DNA of 63,988 nucleotides, filler included, from Perkinsus olseni (Eukaryota): NCBI GenBank assembly GCA_013115125.1. It is 3 parts of 3 records of this genome, joined end to end, with 100 filler letters (N's around TTAATTAATTAA, not from the genome) between each part and the next. Parts side by side here need not be neighbours in the genome. Positions count along the whole stretch, not along the records: positions 45,142 to 63,988 come from JABANN010000607.1; 2 more parts are not named here. One strand, 5' to 3'. Shown piece by piece: positions 51,420 to 62,460 of this stretch (position 1 is its first letter; each line of letters starts with the position of its first letter). The notes under the pieces were generated by a model. It saw only the letters and a program-made list of their open reading frames with translations, ran no database searches and was not told where the DNA came from. The position numbers and the translations under genes were made by a program.

Positions 51420-52330
51420 CGGAGGTCGATGGTCAAGTGCTGCCAAGAACGAAGAGCCACCTTTTTGCTGCTGCTGCTGACCCAACTGAGTGCAGACATC
51501 CCAAAACGACTCAACCAATGATCATGTAAGAAATCGTTCTACTCAGATTCGACGACGACGTTCCATTGCCCACACAACACAGGAGGTCTCTTAAGTTCTC
51601 GTGATTCCCTACCGAAGTACTCAAGCGTTTTTATAATATTGTTCACCGAACCTAGAGGGTCGGCCGTCTGATGCGAGATCACGATTCCCGACTCGGAAAT
51701 GTTCTCCGAGGCCGATCGCGCTTCTCAATACTACACAGTATTTCGAATCACGAATCAGATCCATCAAGACGAAGGACTTAAGTTATCTCTCCTAGGGCTA
51801 ACGTGCGGAGGGAATCGACCCAACGTTCCTCCCTCGGCACAGTGCTGTTCCGTGTGAGGCCCTCGGGACCTCTCTATTGATCGCAGCGCCCTACCGTGCT
51901 CCCTCGACCAACCCGGCCGAGGATTTAAGCCGAAGCCTAGCGTGAGATGAGTACCTACCCGCGACGACTACCGAGAGCGCTATCAAGCAATGAGGTCACA
52001 AACAGTGGTAACGGCTTGGGGCCTCTAAGCCATTACATGGTGACTCTAAGCAGTTGGCCCCAAATGGGGAGAGGGCGGCGGCTCTGATCGCTCCGTCATC
52101 CTCCGAAGAGTGTCCACGCGATCAGGGTTCGTTGATATCGGACCAATAAGTTGCTCTTGTTTAATTGATACTGGTGCGTCTAGCTCCTTTATCGATAGTC
52201 GTTTCGTGACGGGCTCACCTTTAAGCCGATTTCTCATACGGCTTCCGAAGCCTATGCCCTTTTCAACTCCATCCGCAAAACTAAATGTGGATGCGAAGCT
52301 GGTCTTGCCGTTTCGGGTAGTAAGGTACCA
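51420..52330 (+). mobile_element. Degenerate LTR-retrotransposon gag-protease remnant
   Basis: Retropepsin motif GPISCSCLIDTGASSSFIDSRFV in ORF 52110-52439; the upstream region is stop-riddled. Confidence 0.6.
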
Positions 52331-52479
52331 GGAATCTTATGTCAAAGATAGGATATCTCGAGGACGAAAGCTACCCTCCTGTACCAATACCGGAATCCAG
52401 CAGAAAGTATATAAGCGCGTCACAACACAACCAACTTAATCTTTGGACGTACTAGATGCTCACAAAAACGGCAACTAGC

Positions 52480-54100
52480 GGCCGAGGAACAGAGTGTCAC
52501 CGTTTCGGTCGTCGGCACTGATAGACGACGCTCTCATCCAGCAGGTGATCATCGACCGGTGACGGCCGGTGCCTCGAGCTCCTGCACTCACTCTGTAGCT
52601 TTCGGAGCTGTTTCCGTGAGAAGAAGACTTGCTTCCACGCCCTAAAACGATGTCATCGAAGCGGCGGCGGCGGCGGCGGCTGACGGGGACTCACATCAAG
52701 GCACGTCTTTTACGCAACAAGTTCTGCACCAAATAGGAGTTCATCTCCTGCATGCTCCGGGTCTCTTCGACCTTCGATTCCTCCAGACGACGAACAGAAT
52801 CACGGTCTGAGTCCCGATCCAGAGCTGCGACGCCTTACAAGCGTGAACGGCTCTCACCTATCCATGTGGAGATGTCATCCTGGATGGTGATGTGCTCGAA
52901 GCGGTCGAGGAGGCCATCAGGAAGGTCCGCCATCATCAGCTCATCCTCGACCTCGGTAGAACTGCTGCTCGCCACTTGAACCAGGGACTCCTACAGATCA
53001 TGGATTTCAGTCAGCGCAGAATTCTCCGGAAGACGCAGGTCGTCTCACCTCGATCCGCCGCTTCCGTCTAGGCCTGTGACCCCACCCTTCCAACTCGTCA
53101 TCGCTGAAGACCTCACATTCATCCCGGATGATGCTCCGTGGCGGCGACACCATCACAGGAGCCGGAGGAGGAGGGGGCGCAGCAGCAGGCGGCGGCGGCA
53201 ACTCAGCAGGTGCAGCAGGAGCGGGAGCTCTCGGTGGCGAGGGGGTTGGCGTTGGAGGTAGGAAGCTCGGTACCACCGGTTTCGGGGCTTCTGGTTCCGC
53301 TACTGGACTAGTGGGGGCGGCCGGCTGACACAAAATGCTTGTGACAGCCGCGTTGGCCAGGCAAGGAACACGACTATCGGAACGCCCAAGGCCGCACGCC
53401 TTACCGTGAAAATGCTCAACCCGCCTGCACAGCTCTTCCTGTGGCTCGGCTCTCGTACCTCAGTCGTCACCGTGGCCTTCGCGGGCCGATCGACCACTCC
53501 CGTTGTTGTCCGCGTAGGTGACTCGGGCGGCAGCTTCGTCCGGAGGCCTGAGAGTCATCGAATGCCTACGTTCTGAGGAAAGCCGTTATGATCGTGTAGC
53601 GTTTCAGCCACGACAAGATGTCTGGTCGTAAGGTGGGGTTCGGAAGCTTCCTCTGAACACGGGCGAGCACGATAAATGAAAGCCGTGTAGCGCACGCAGC
53701 GGTCACCACAGACAAACATGGCCAAACTACTCGATAGGAAAAATGAAAAAACAAAAGATATTAAAGAGATTTCTGGACTCAGCTATGGCGGCCACGCTGG
53801 CCAAGGATAGGAACGATCCTGCGATTATAGGGCTGAGCTAGAGGAAAACCCCCCTCAGTGTCTTCGCACTAACGAAACCCCAAGCATTCCAAGAGCGTTA
53901 AACGCCTGCAGGAAGGCGGGGAATCGCCTTCCCCCAGAGGACAGCCACCGCAGCCCACCTTCAAACACGGGCACTTTATCCGCTGCTTTCTTCCTCGCAA
54001 CCCGCGGAGACTGGACCCCTGCTGACCGCGACGGTGACACCTGCTTCGGCGATGGAGCCGCTTCAGTCGGTCTGCTCACGACCTGAGACCAGCTGCATCT
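52480..54100 (-). CDS. Proline-rich exons; probably the C-terminal part of the SAC3/GANP gene, or a separate gene
   Basis: Exon 53007-53333 (PAAPTSPVAEPE...PPPPPAP) and downstream acidic exons on the same strand. Confidence 0.45.
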
Positions 54101-54146
54101 ACATCAGACGATGACGACCGGCGAGCTCACCTCGGTCGGAGGCTCT

Positions 54147-57100
54147 TCAGTAGGGGCCGAAGGCGATTTGCTCTTTAGCGGAAGAAATGGCGAGGGCATG
54201 GCACTCACTGCAAGAACAACATTCGAATTTAGGTGTCATTGAGGGTGAACTCACCCGACGGCTGTACCCCGAAGGGACTTGAAGATGCAGAGGTGAGCCC
54301 TCCCGTGGCCACGCCGAAGGGGCCCTTAGTGGCAGTAGCAGCGAAGGGATTGCTAGCCTTGCCGAACGGCCCCGATGATGTTGATGCCGCCGTCGTCGCG
54401 ACTCCAAAGGGACTACTGGACGCAGTCGAACTCACGGCGGCGAAGGGGGACTTGTTCTGAAGCAAGCGAGTAAATACTGTTCCCGCCACTTGGTCGGAGC
54501 GGCATCACTAACAGAAGACCAAGAACACTCGACTCACCTTCGGCACTTCCCCTTGCGGAAGAGCTCCGAACGCGGACCCGTTGGCCCTAGCTGCCACGGC
54601 CTTCTTATTCGGCAACAGCACGGCCGTCCTCTCCTGTGAAGCTTGGCCGAATTTGACAGTCTCCACTGGAGGGGGGCGTCTGACGGGCGCCGGGGGCCGG
54701 GTAGGCTTGATCACAGCAGCACCGTCCACTCTGAGGGAAATGCACCGTTCAGGAAATATCCCAAGGCCCGGCTGGACCGACCCCGGATCCACAGCTCCTA
54801 GAATGATGTCCTTCAGCGTCACGCCGGAATCGAGGACAAGGTCATACTTCCCCGCCAAGATCGGATCCACCTGAATAGATGTCACAGTGTCCAGTTTCCC
54901 TTCGAATTTCGCGGCGCGCGGTCATCACTGTTTGCATTGGATCAGCTATCGCATACCAAGTAGTATATTATCGAAGGCCTTCTCCACTCAAGGGTCGACA
55001 CTTCAAAGGTAACACCACCACGATAGGAGTACGGGTGACAGCAGTCTTACGGTTTGAGGGAAGGTGCATCGAGTAACGGTTCCATCAGCATTAACGTTCT
55101 CTCCCAAACGCTCTGTGAAGGCCTTCCTTCGCTCCCATGTCCACTCGTCGGCCACTTCCTGCTTAGTCTGTTTCACCTGAGTCAAGACCACCCCTGCAGT
55201 CTCCGACCTGAATCACGTCGAAACTAAAACGACCGAGCGCATACCCAATCATCGCTAGAGAGCCACCACCGATACGGCAGCCTGAGCATCCTCGGCGGCA
55301 GCAGGCAGTCGAGGCCTTCAGAGGAGAGAACCTCCTCAGTCAAAGGATCAACTTCAACGCCTGTTGCCGAGTCCACCACCTGCATAGCAGCGGATGGCGA
55401 TGACGGTGGACGGACGAGGTTCCTCACCTCACACCCATGGTACTGGAGGAATGCCGCACACATACCGGGGTCCTCCAAGAAGAGCATCTCTCGCATGGAC
55501 TAACAGGAAGCAATCGAGAGTGAGCAGTCGACGAACAGCGTGAGCACTTGCAAAGAGACCCGCTCGGGTCTCGGAGCCCTGGCTGGATGCCATTCTCCTT
55601 TGGGTAGGAGGAATGGACGGTTGGTGCGGACGACGTCATAGAGTACACGGGAGCGACAAAGGAAGGCGATCTGACAGATGATGCGATCGACTTCAAGGCG
55701 AAGGTTTTCCGACGGCTGACCGGCATCAAGGCGGTCGCGGTGAGGAAGTCCGTCGAGGGACTCGCGTACGTTTGAAGGACTCGCGACCATTGCCCAACTC
55801 TGAACCAGTTGACCACGTTCAAGGCGAACCTGCGGGAGAGTATCTCGCGGAAAGGGCTACATGTGATCATAGCCTACCTGACGTTAGGGTGGGCGAAGAC
55901 CCTCGGTTGCTGCTTGGCCAACTTGTCAATATAGAAGAGCACTCGTGTAGTGTCCCCGTTGCACAATAATATGAGTATAATGTACCTTAGCCGAACGATG
56001 GACGACTACAACAGACGAGGCCTCAACCAACCTGTGTATGGCAGCCTCCTTCGCTACTGTCGCCGCGCCGGCCTCCCGATCATCATTTTGGACCACATAG
56101 CTGAGCGTCAGAGGGTCGACCGTCTGGGCTATGGAGTTCAACGACAGCTGCCAATTGAACTTTCTGTCAGCACCTGAGCACATGGACACACTTCTTCACA
56201 ATAATCCGACGCGGCCCGGCCTGTTGGCCTGGGCGTTGGCGAACGAACACACCAAACCGATCCCTCCATTATCAGGGCAGTCCGCAAGTACAGCCGTGGG
56301 CCGACGGCGGAGGTCTCGGGTCGCCGTTTATGTCAAGATGATCAACAGCATCAGCAGAAGCAGCTCACCTCCTCCAAAGTTCCGACCCCACAGCCGGAAT
56401 ATGCTGAGGATCTCGAAGCGAAGGCACCACTCATGGATGTCAGTGAACACATGGGAATGGACAAGGTTCTGTACGTGGAGGTCAACTCGGACGGCGCGAG
56501 TGCCTGATAACTCATCATTCGACAGAGGCTGCTCAGTGGACTGGCTCACGGTCTCGGAGGAAGGAGTAGATGTCAAAGTAGGTCGCTAGTTGGCAGTTAG
56601 GGTGGTAGCCTGGCTTGGGGTTGATATCAAAGTCGAGGACATTTTCCAGCAAGTACCTACGTACGCTCCGAAGGATACATATCACCTCGGACAAATTTAA
56701 TTCATCATAATTATAATACCGTAACAATGTATTATAATACTACTGTATTTATAACCAGATGTACAGTCACTGTACTACAGTAAATGAATCATAAGTAAAA
56801 ACAAAGTATAGATCAGACTGATCAAACAGAGGTGACATTAACAATTATAGGAATGAGAATAACAAAGAACTATACAACACAAAGACATTAACGACAGTTA
56901 CTAAGATATTATCAACTTGTGTATAAAATCCGATTATATAATAAAAGCTATATAGAATGATTCATATTTGATATAATAGATTGCGTAATAAAATAGTAAC
57001 TGACTTTTTTCGCGCGCCACGAAATTGCGGCACTCACATCATCGAGTCATAGCATGCCTGTTCTGTACGGATATCCGATGCCGAGTACACCTTATCCGCC

Positions 57101-57804
57101 GATGACCGCTGGTACCTGCGGAGAGACACACCTGCCGTGAGCGCGTCGGCTTAAGAAAAGTGGCTCGTTGCTTATTTGCACAGTGGAGGTCACAGCAACA
57201 CAAGCAAGCCGAGGGCTCCATGAGGAGGAGCAGAATGCAGTAGAACTTACTTTTTCACCATCAAACTTGGATTGGCTTTTGGCCGCCCTTCGAAGTCCTC
57301 GACTGCCCGCTCAAATTTATCAATCTGAAATGACCAGTATCATTCCTGACGGCGTGTTATCGTCAAGCCGCCTCACCTGTCGCGTCTGTTGTCGATCCAA
57401 GATCTCCTTCTCCGAGCAGTTGGTCTCAAGTTCTCCAACCGTCCCACCTAGCATCCCCGTCGTCATCATACAGGACTGCCACTCCTTCTCACCTTCATCA
57501 GCACTAGTCTCCGGCGGCGTGGTCTCACTCTCGCTACCTGGAGGAGGGACCTGCTGCTGGTGGTGATGTCGCCGCCCGTTGGACATAGTCCACACTAGCA
57601 CTCGGAGGAGAACTGCGCGAGATGAAGGTAACAGTGCGGAACAGCGGCACGTAACGCGCGACTTCGCTTGGTCGAGTGGGTTGTGGTCGATAACCCCAAT
57701 CGAGCATCTTCAACACCTCGCTGTAGCAGAAGGCGCCAACCGAGCCCGGCTGGTATGCTCAGCGGCATCCGGGAAACCTTCCGCGGCCAGGCACGCGTGG
57801 GCAT
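54147..57804 (-). CDS. SAC3: SAC3/GANP (TREX-2 scaffold) family protein, multi-exon
   Basis: Spliced motifs TVGELETNCSEKEILDRQ, MVKKYQRSSADK....DIR and YSFLRDR/RAVRVDLHVQN...HEWCLRFEI are typical of the SAC3/GANP domain. SPFG/GPFG repeats at 54229-54489. Confidence 0.8.
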
Positions 57805-57920
57805 CACCACTAACAGCCGCCCCCTCCCGTCGTTAACACGACAATAGAGACCGGATGAAAATACAAGTATCAGATGATTATGTTGCCGCCCTTTTAGCTG
57901 AGTAGACCTAGCACAGTACT

Positions 57921-60007
57921 TTAGGACTTGATGTTGCGCTTCTCGGCCATGACCTTGCGGAACCCGAAAGGTGGTAAAGCTGGGACGCCATGTGGAACCT
58001 GATGCGAAGACACGCATTCTGATGGTGATGCTAGAAGTCAAACCTACTCTGTGCGTCCAAGGCTTGTCCCCCCAAGGATCCGACATGTTACGGCCGTCCG
58101 CGCCAACCTGGCAACCAACAATCAGCCGACCGATGGCCCCTGCAGCAGCACTCACCACGACCGGAGTCGCCTTGGCCTGTTTCGACGACAGTGGCTTGCC
58201 ATCGAGGCGCATACCCTTGCCTTGGAAGAGGACCTGAGCTCAATCCTCTATCGAACCCGGGCCGGAGACCGGCACGAAGGGGCCTACAGTCTTGCCGGCT
58301 AGGGATGCACTTTCGATGTTCTCTGCATTGGACTGGGTATCTGCCAACGTCAAGGTAAAAGGCAGGCGAAGGCGACGCAGGACCACGAGGGCCAAAGACC
58401 AATTCTGAAACTCAGAATCGATTTTGGAACCGCATGTTACACGTAAAAATCAGTTCCATGATCGATTCTGACCCTCGGGATTTGTTCACTGAACGCCGTT
58501 CAGAAGAACGGAGAAAGTGAGAAAGTTCAGCTGTGCCTGGGTCTTCCACAGCCACTGTGCGAGAGAAGCGGTGAGCTATGGTGTCCTTGACTCACCACTG
58601 CTGGCTATCGTGCCCGGCGCCCCTGTTGAACAGCCGCCAGGGATCTCCTGCTGTGACGATGTAGATGGTGATGGCTCTACGTAGTCCTTTGGTGCCAAGA
58701 ATTCAACCTGATCACGGAGGTCAAAGTACAGTGGATAATGTGACGAACGTAGACGAACCCTATGCTACTGTTCTCCACTGACCACCTGTGGGCCGGGGCT
58801 GTTCCGATACGAGGCGAGAAACATTTTCGACGGTCCCATCGGACTCGGCAGGACAGGTGGTCAGGACCCCCCCCCCCCCAGCACCCTTCCGCGAGTCTCA
58901 GATCGCTATGCAGATCAACCTGGTCAACCTTTACAGTAGAACCCTTTGCAATTCATCATCCGCTACGGTACCGAGTCCGCCACTTACCGAGACATCGGCT
59001 TCGATGATGCTGGTGGCGTTGGCCGGCTTGCACTCAACCACTTCAATCTCGTATCTGCCAAGCAGCAGCCTGTCCATCTGATGCCTCCTTTCCGCAGCTC
59101 ACGTTTTGTTATTATACTGAATGGCGATGTTGTCTCCCGCAGTGAGAGCGGCGAAGTTCCTGAAGCAACGAATAACCCGTCACCGTCGCGGAGGGCTGGT
59201 GAAGTCGTACCTCAGGGAGTTCTCTAGGACTGCTCGGGGGTTGTGGATCTCTAGGAAGTCCTTCGTCACTGGCTGGAGTTTCACAGATCGTCCTTTTGGC
59301 AAGGACACGTTCTTCACTCGAACCAGGTCACCTGCGGGAGGCGATGGAGGCGGTGAGAGGGGAATGCCTGACCTTCCTGTATGACGAGATTCTGCATCAT
59401 CCAGTAGGGGATATAACAAAACCCCTCCTCCGCAGTGAACTCGAGGACTCCGCAGTGAGTCGTACGCGGCTAAAAAAGGGAGACGGAAGGAGTATCTACA
59501 GCGACATTTTCCTGAGCTGTTTCGTATCTTACCTCCTTCAAGTTAGATATTTGGAAGAGCATGGGGTAGCTCACATTCAACCGAGCTAATTGGTCAAGGG
59601 CAGACTGTGGCAGCAGTATCTTGTTGCCCTGAGAACAGAATGCTCATAACCACATTCCGACGGCCAACCTCTACCTTCTCCAGCTCCTCCCTACCGAGGA
59701 AGCTCACAGGGTAGCAATGGTACTGTACATCGAACGTACCACCGGAACCCTGAGAAGGAAAACGGCGATTACACTGGACGTCTCTACCGACTTGGTCTGA
59801 GAGGCCACGACTAATACAGCGACATCGCGAGTATCTCATCTCCAAGCTCGACCTTCGCGCAAAGGTCGATCGATAGCCGGAGAAAGGCGGAGCGTAGCAG
59901 TAGTGCGGACTTACCATGGCCCCGAAGAAGCCCTGAAGGAAGTTGCCCATCTGCGGATTGCCCACGGGATCATCTCCTCCATTGTGAGGACCACCAAACG
60001 AGAACAT
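57921..60007 (-). CDS. UFD1: Ubiquitin fusion degradation protein 1
   Basis: [75 protein letters not shown]...[16 protein letters not shown], and SHP box [14 protein letters not shown] at 60007, stop at 57921. Confidence 0.95.
58893..58964 (-). ncRNA. Candidate intronic box C/D snoRNA in UFD1
   Basis: ATGATGA (58959-58953) ... CTGA (58901-58898), 62 nt from box C through box D, inside an unusually long intron (58708-58987). Confidence 0.35.
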
Positions 60008-60236
60008 TTCGAGAATATTAATAAATAACTCAACCTACCAGCAGACCATCACTGAGGCAAGAGACATCCACTGGTCTCCGCTGCAAAGCGCCACCGCCCT
60101 CACCAATACGAAGCTCAATGCGCTCAGCCTAGCAAGTCACTCTCCAAGAGTCCAAGGTGCCAACACAACCCCAGCGAGAGGGAGAAAGCTCAACGTTATC
60201 AATTGCAGTAAAATGATGGACTATTGATATCATCTA

Positions 60237-61352
60237 CCGTCAGCAGGCGGCGGAATGAACTCTGCTATCCGCGCGTCCAGTCGCCCCTTCACTTCCTTGG
60301 CCTCCTTCTCAGCCTCTCGTAGTTCCTCAAGAAGCCGCTTCCGCTCCTCTTGAAGTTGAGAGGACTCCCTCGCGACTTCCTCGTCCTAAGACAAGCCCCA
60401 TGCCATACATCTTCCCATCCCTGCCCCGGGGCCCCCTAAGAGGACGAAGCCCAGATCCCCCAGATACCAATTGCTTTCAATAATCACCGCTGTAACAAGG
60501 CATCAAGTATGGAGCAGACAGCCCAATGCAGTGCCGGCTGGGTCGATAGTACAGCTGCCATTGGATCGTGATCAGAGCTCGAGCACGCCGCCAGCCTCCC
60601 CTCCTCCCTCTCACCGTAATATTATCCGGCAAATCCCCGGCAAGCTCCTTCAGACTCTTCAATGCCTTCACCACGTCGTTCGCGTATTCTGTTGGATTGA
60701 CCGCGGCTGCCTGCTGCTCGGTCTGGCTCGGTGCTCGCGGTAGTATCCACCTACGTCAACTCTCCTACCAACTCCCCCACCTGGCCCGCTCTATTACACT
60801 GCATCATGCAAGCGCTCCGTGAGGAACATCAACTGGTGTTGCATGGCAGTGATGGTGCTCTTCGGAGGAGTCGGACTCGTGTAGACTAACGCTGGCGGGG
60901 TTGCCATACTGACGAAAAAACTACACCCTTAAATACTCTCCGCACCAGCAAAACCGATCTCGCGGTCCTCACCCTCCGCCGCCGCCCAGAGGATTCACGA
61001 CCGGGCAAACTACTGTTAACCCTTTTCCCGGACACAAGTTGTGTCACACAACACTCATCGTCAACAACAAAACTTTCATGAACCCACAGGCAACTCATCA
61101 CTCAGGCCCGGCCGAGGGACCTACAACGCACCAGTACCACCAGTGGAGCGCCACCGCCCCATCCGGCCACCTCAGGACCCTCCACCACTGCGCGGGCCTG
61201 GGCCTCCCTCCGCTGCTTGCGACGCAGCTCCTCCGCCTTCAGCTCGGCCTCCTCCTCGACGTGCTCTGTGATGACTGAAAGTCATCATCATGCTGCAGTT
61301 GGAGAACCCCGACGAGCTCAAGTAAATTTTTAAGGCCCTGTGAAACTTTCAT
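60237..61352 (-). CDS. Multi-exon coiled-coil hypothetical protein
   Basis: Exons encoding VITEHVEEEAELKAEELRRKQRRE and DEEVARESLNFKRSGSGFLRN-region E/R-rich pieces. Confidence 0.35.
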
Positions 61353-61499
61353 GCACCAGGCATCGCTCCGCCGTATTTTTTAGTTTTTTTCACGAAGAAA
61401 TCGCGAGCGGAAGACTGTCCACTACACGACGGTGACGTCCCGTAATGATACTACGACACTCGTCCCACTCAAGAAACGAACGAGGCCAAGATGTCACTC

Positions 61500-62460
61500 A
61501 CTGCTGTCAAGCAGCATATCCATATACCAATCCATCAGGCAGGGGACTAGCACACAGAGAGCTGCAAGAGAGGCAAAGAGAGCTCCAAAGATACCATAAA
61601 CTCCGTACCTACCGAACGAGCCTTTCCCGGACGATCGTGCTGCACTAAGGGTGTAGCAAGGTTCCAGTTTCGGAACCACACACTTTGGGATACACTAAGC
61701 GACGACGATAATGGGTCCACGCCCTCAGCTGGTGCCTCATCAAAGTTCACATCAACTCTCACTGAGGAAGGATGTGACTTCTGTAGAGTAACGGCGGGAA
61801 TGTCCATTCCCATGCCGTCACCACCGATCCTCTAGTGCTCAGTCACGCTGACTCGCTAATGGCGTACTGTGTTTCTAACACTCCCACCCCCTTCCCCAAT
61901 ACTACCGAGCCTCGCATGTCTCCGGATAAGACACACATTCCCTCTCGGATACGTCCAACCAAATGTCCGGCGGAGCGTTACCGGGGTAACCCCCGTCCTG
62001 TGAGAACTCCCAACCGTCTTCTCGGAATCTGACACCCAATCAATATTCGAGCAACAGCCTTCCAACCTTCGAGGAAGGCCAACAATGCCTGAGGGAAGGT
62101 TCAGCTGACGCTAGTCGGGACTCCCAGAATTAATGGGTGAATGGCACGGGTGAAACTGATTCTGATTATTAGGGCGATGCAGTTGCACAGAGATCTCTCA
62201 CTCTTCACCTGGCCTCAGCAAGTTTACCTCCTAAAAATTTCCTGCTTCGCATCCTCGGATGGCGGCCAAGTGACCTCGGCACAAAGCCTTGTCTCGTTCA
62301 CAGCAGGGTCGATATCGGCGATATCTTTACGCTCAGGAATATCACAATCATATGCCGGATCTGAGGATCGAACCTGCGACCTTCTCATCCCGACACGGTG
62401 TCCAGCCATTCAGACAAAACGACCTGGACCTAGCCTCACAAGTTGGTATCTCCACTGCGC
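61500..62460 (-). CDS. Multi-exon hypothetical protein
   Basis: Minus-strand ORF pieces 62224-62409, 61856-62065 and 61547-61813 with splice signals. Confidence 0.35.
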
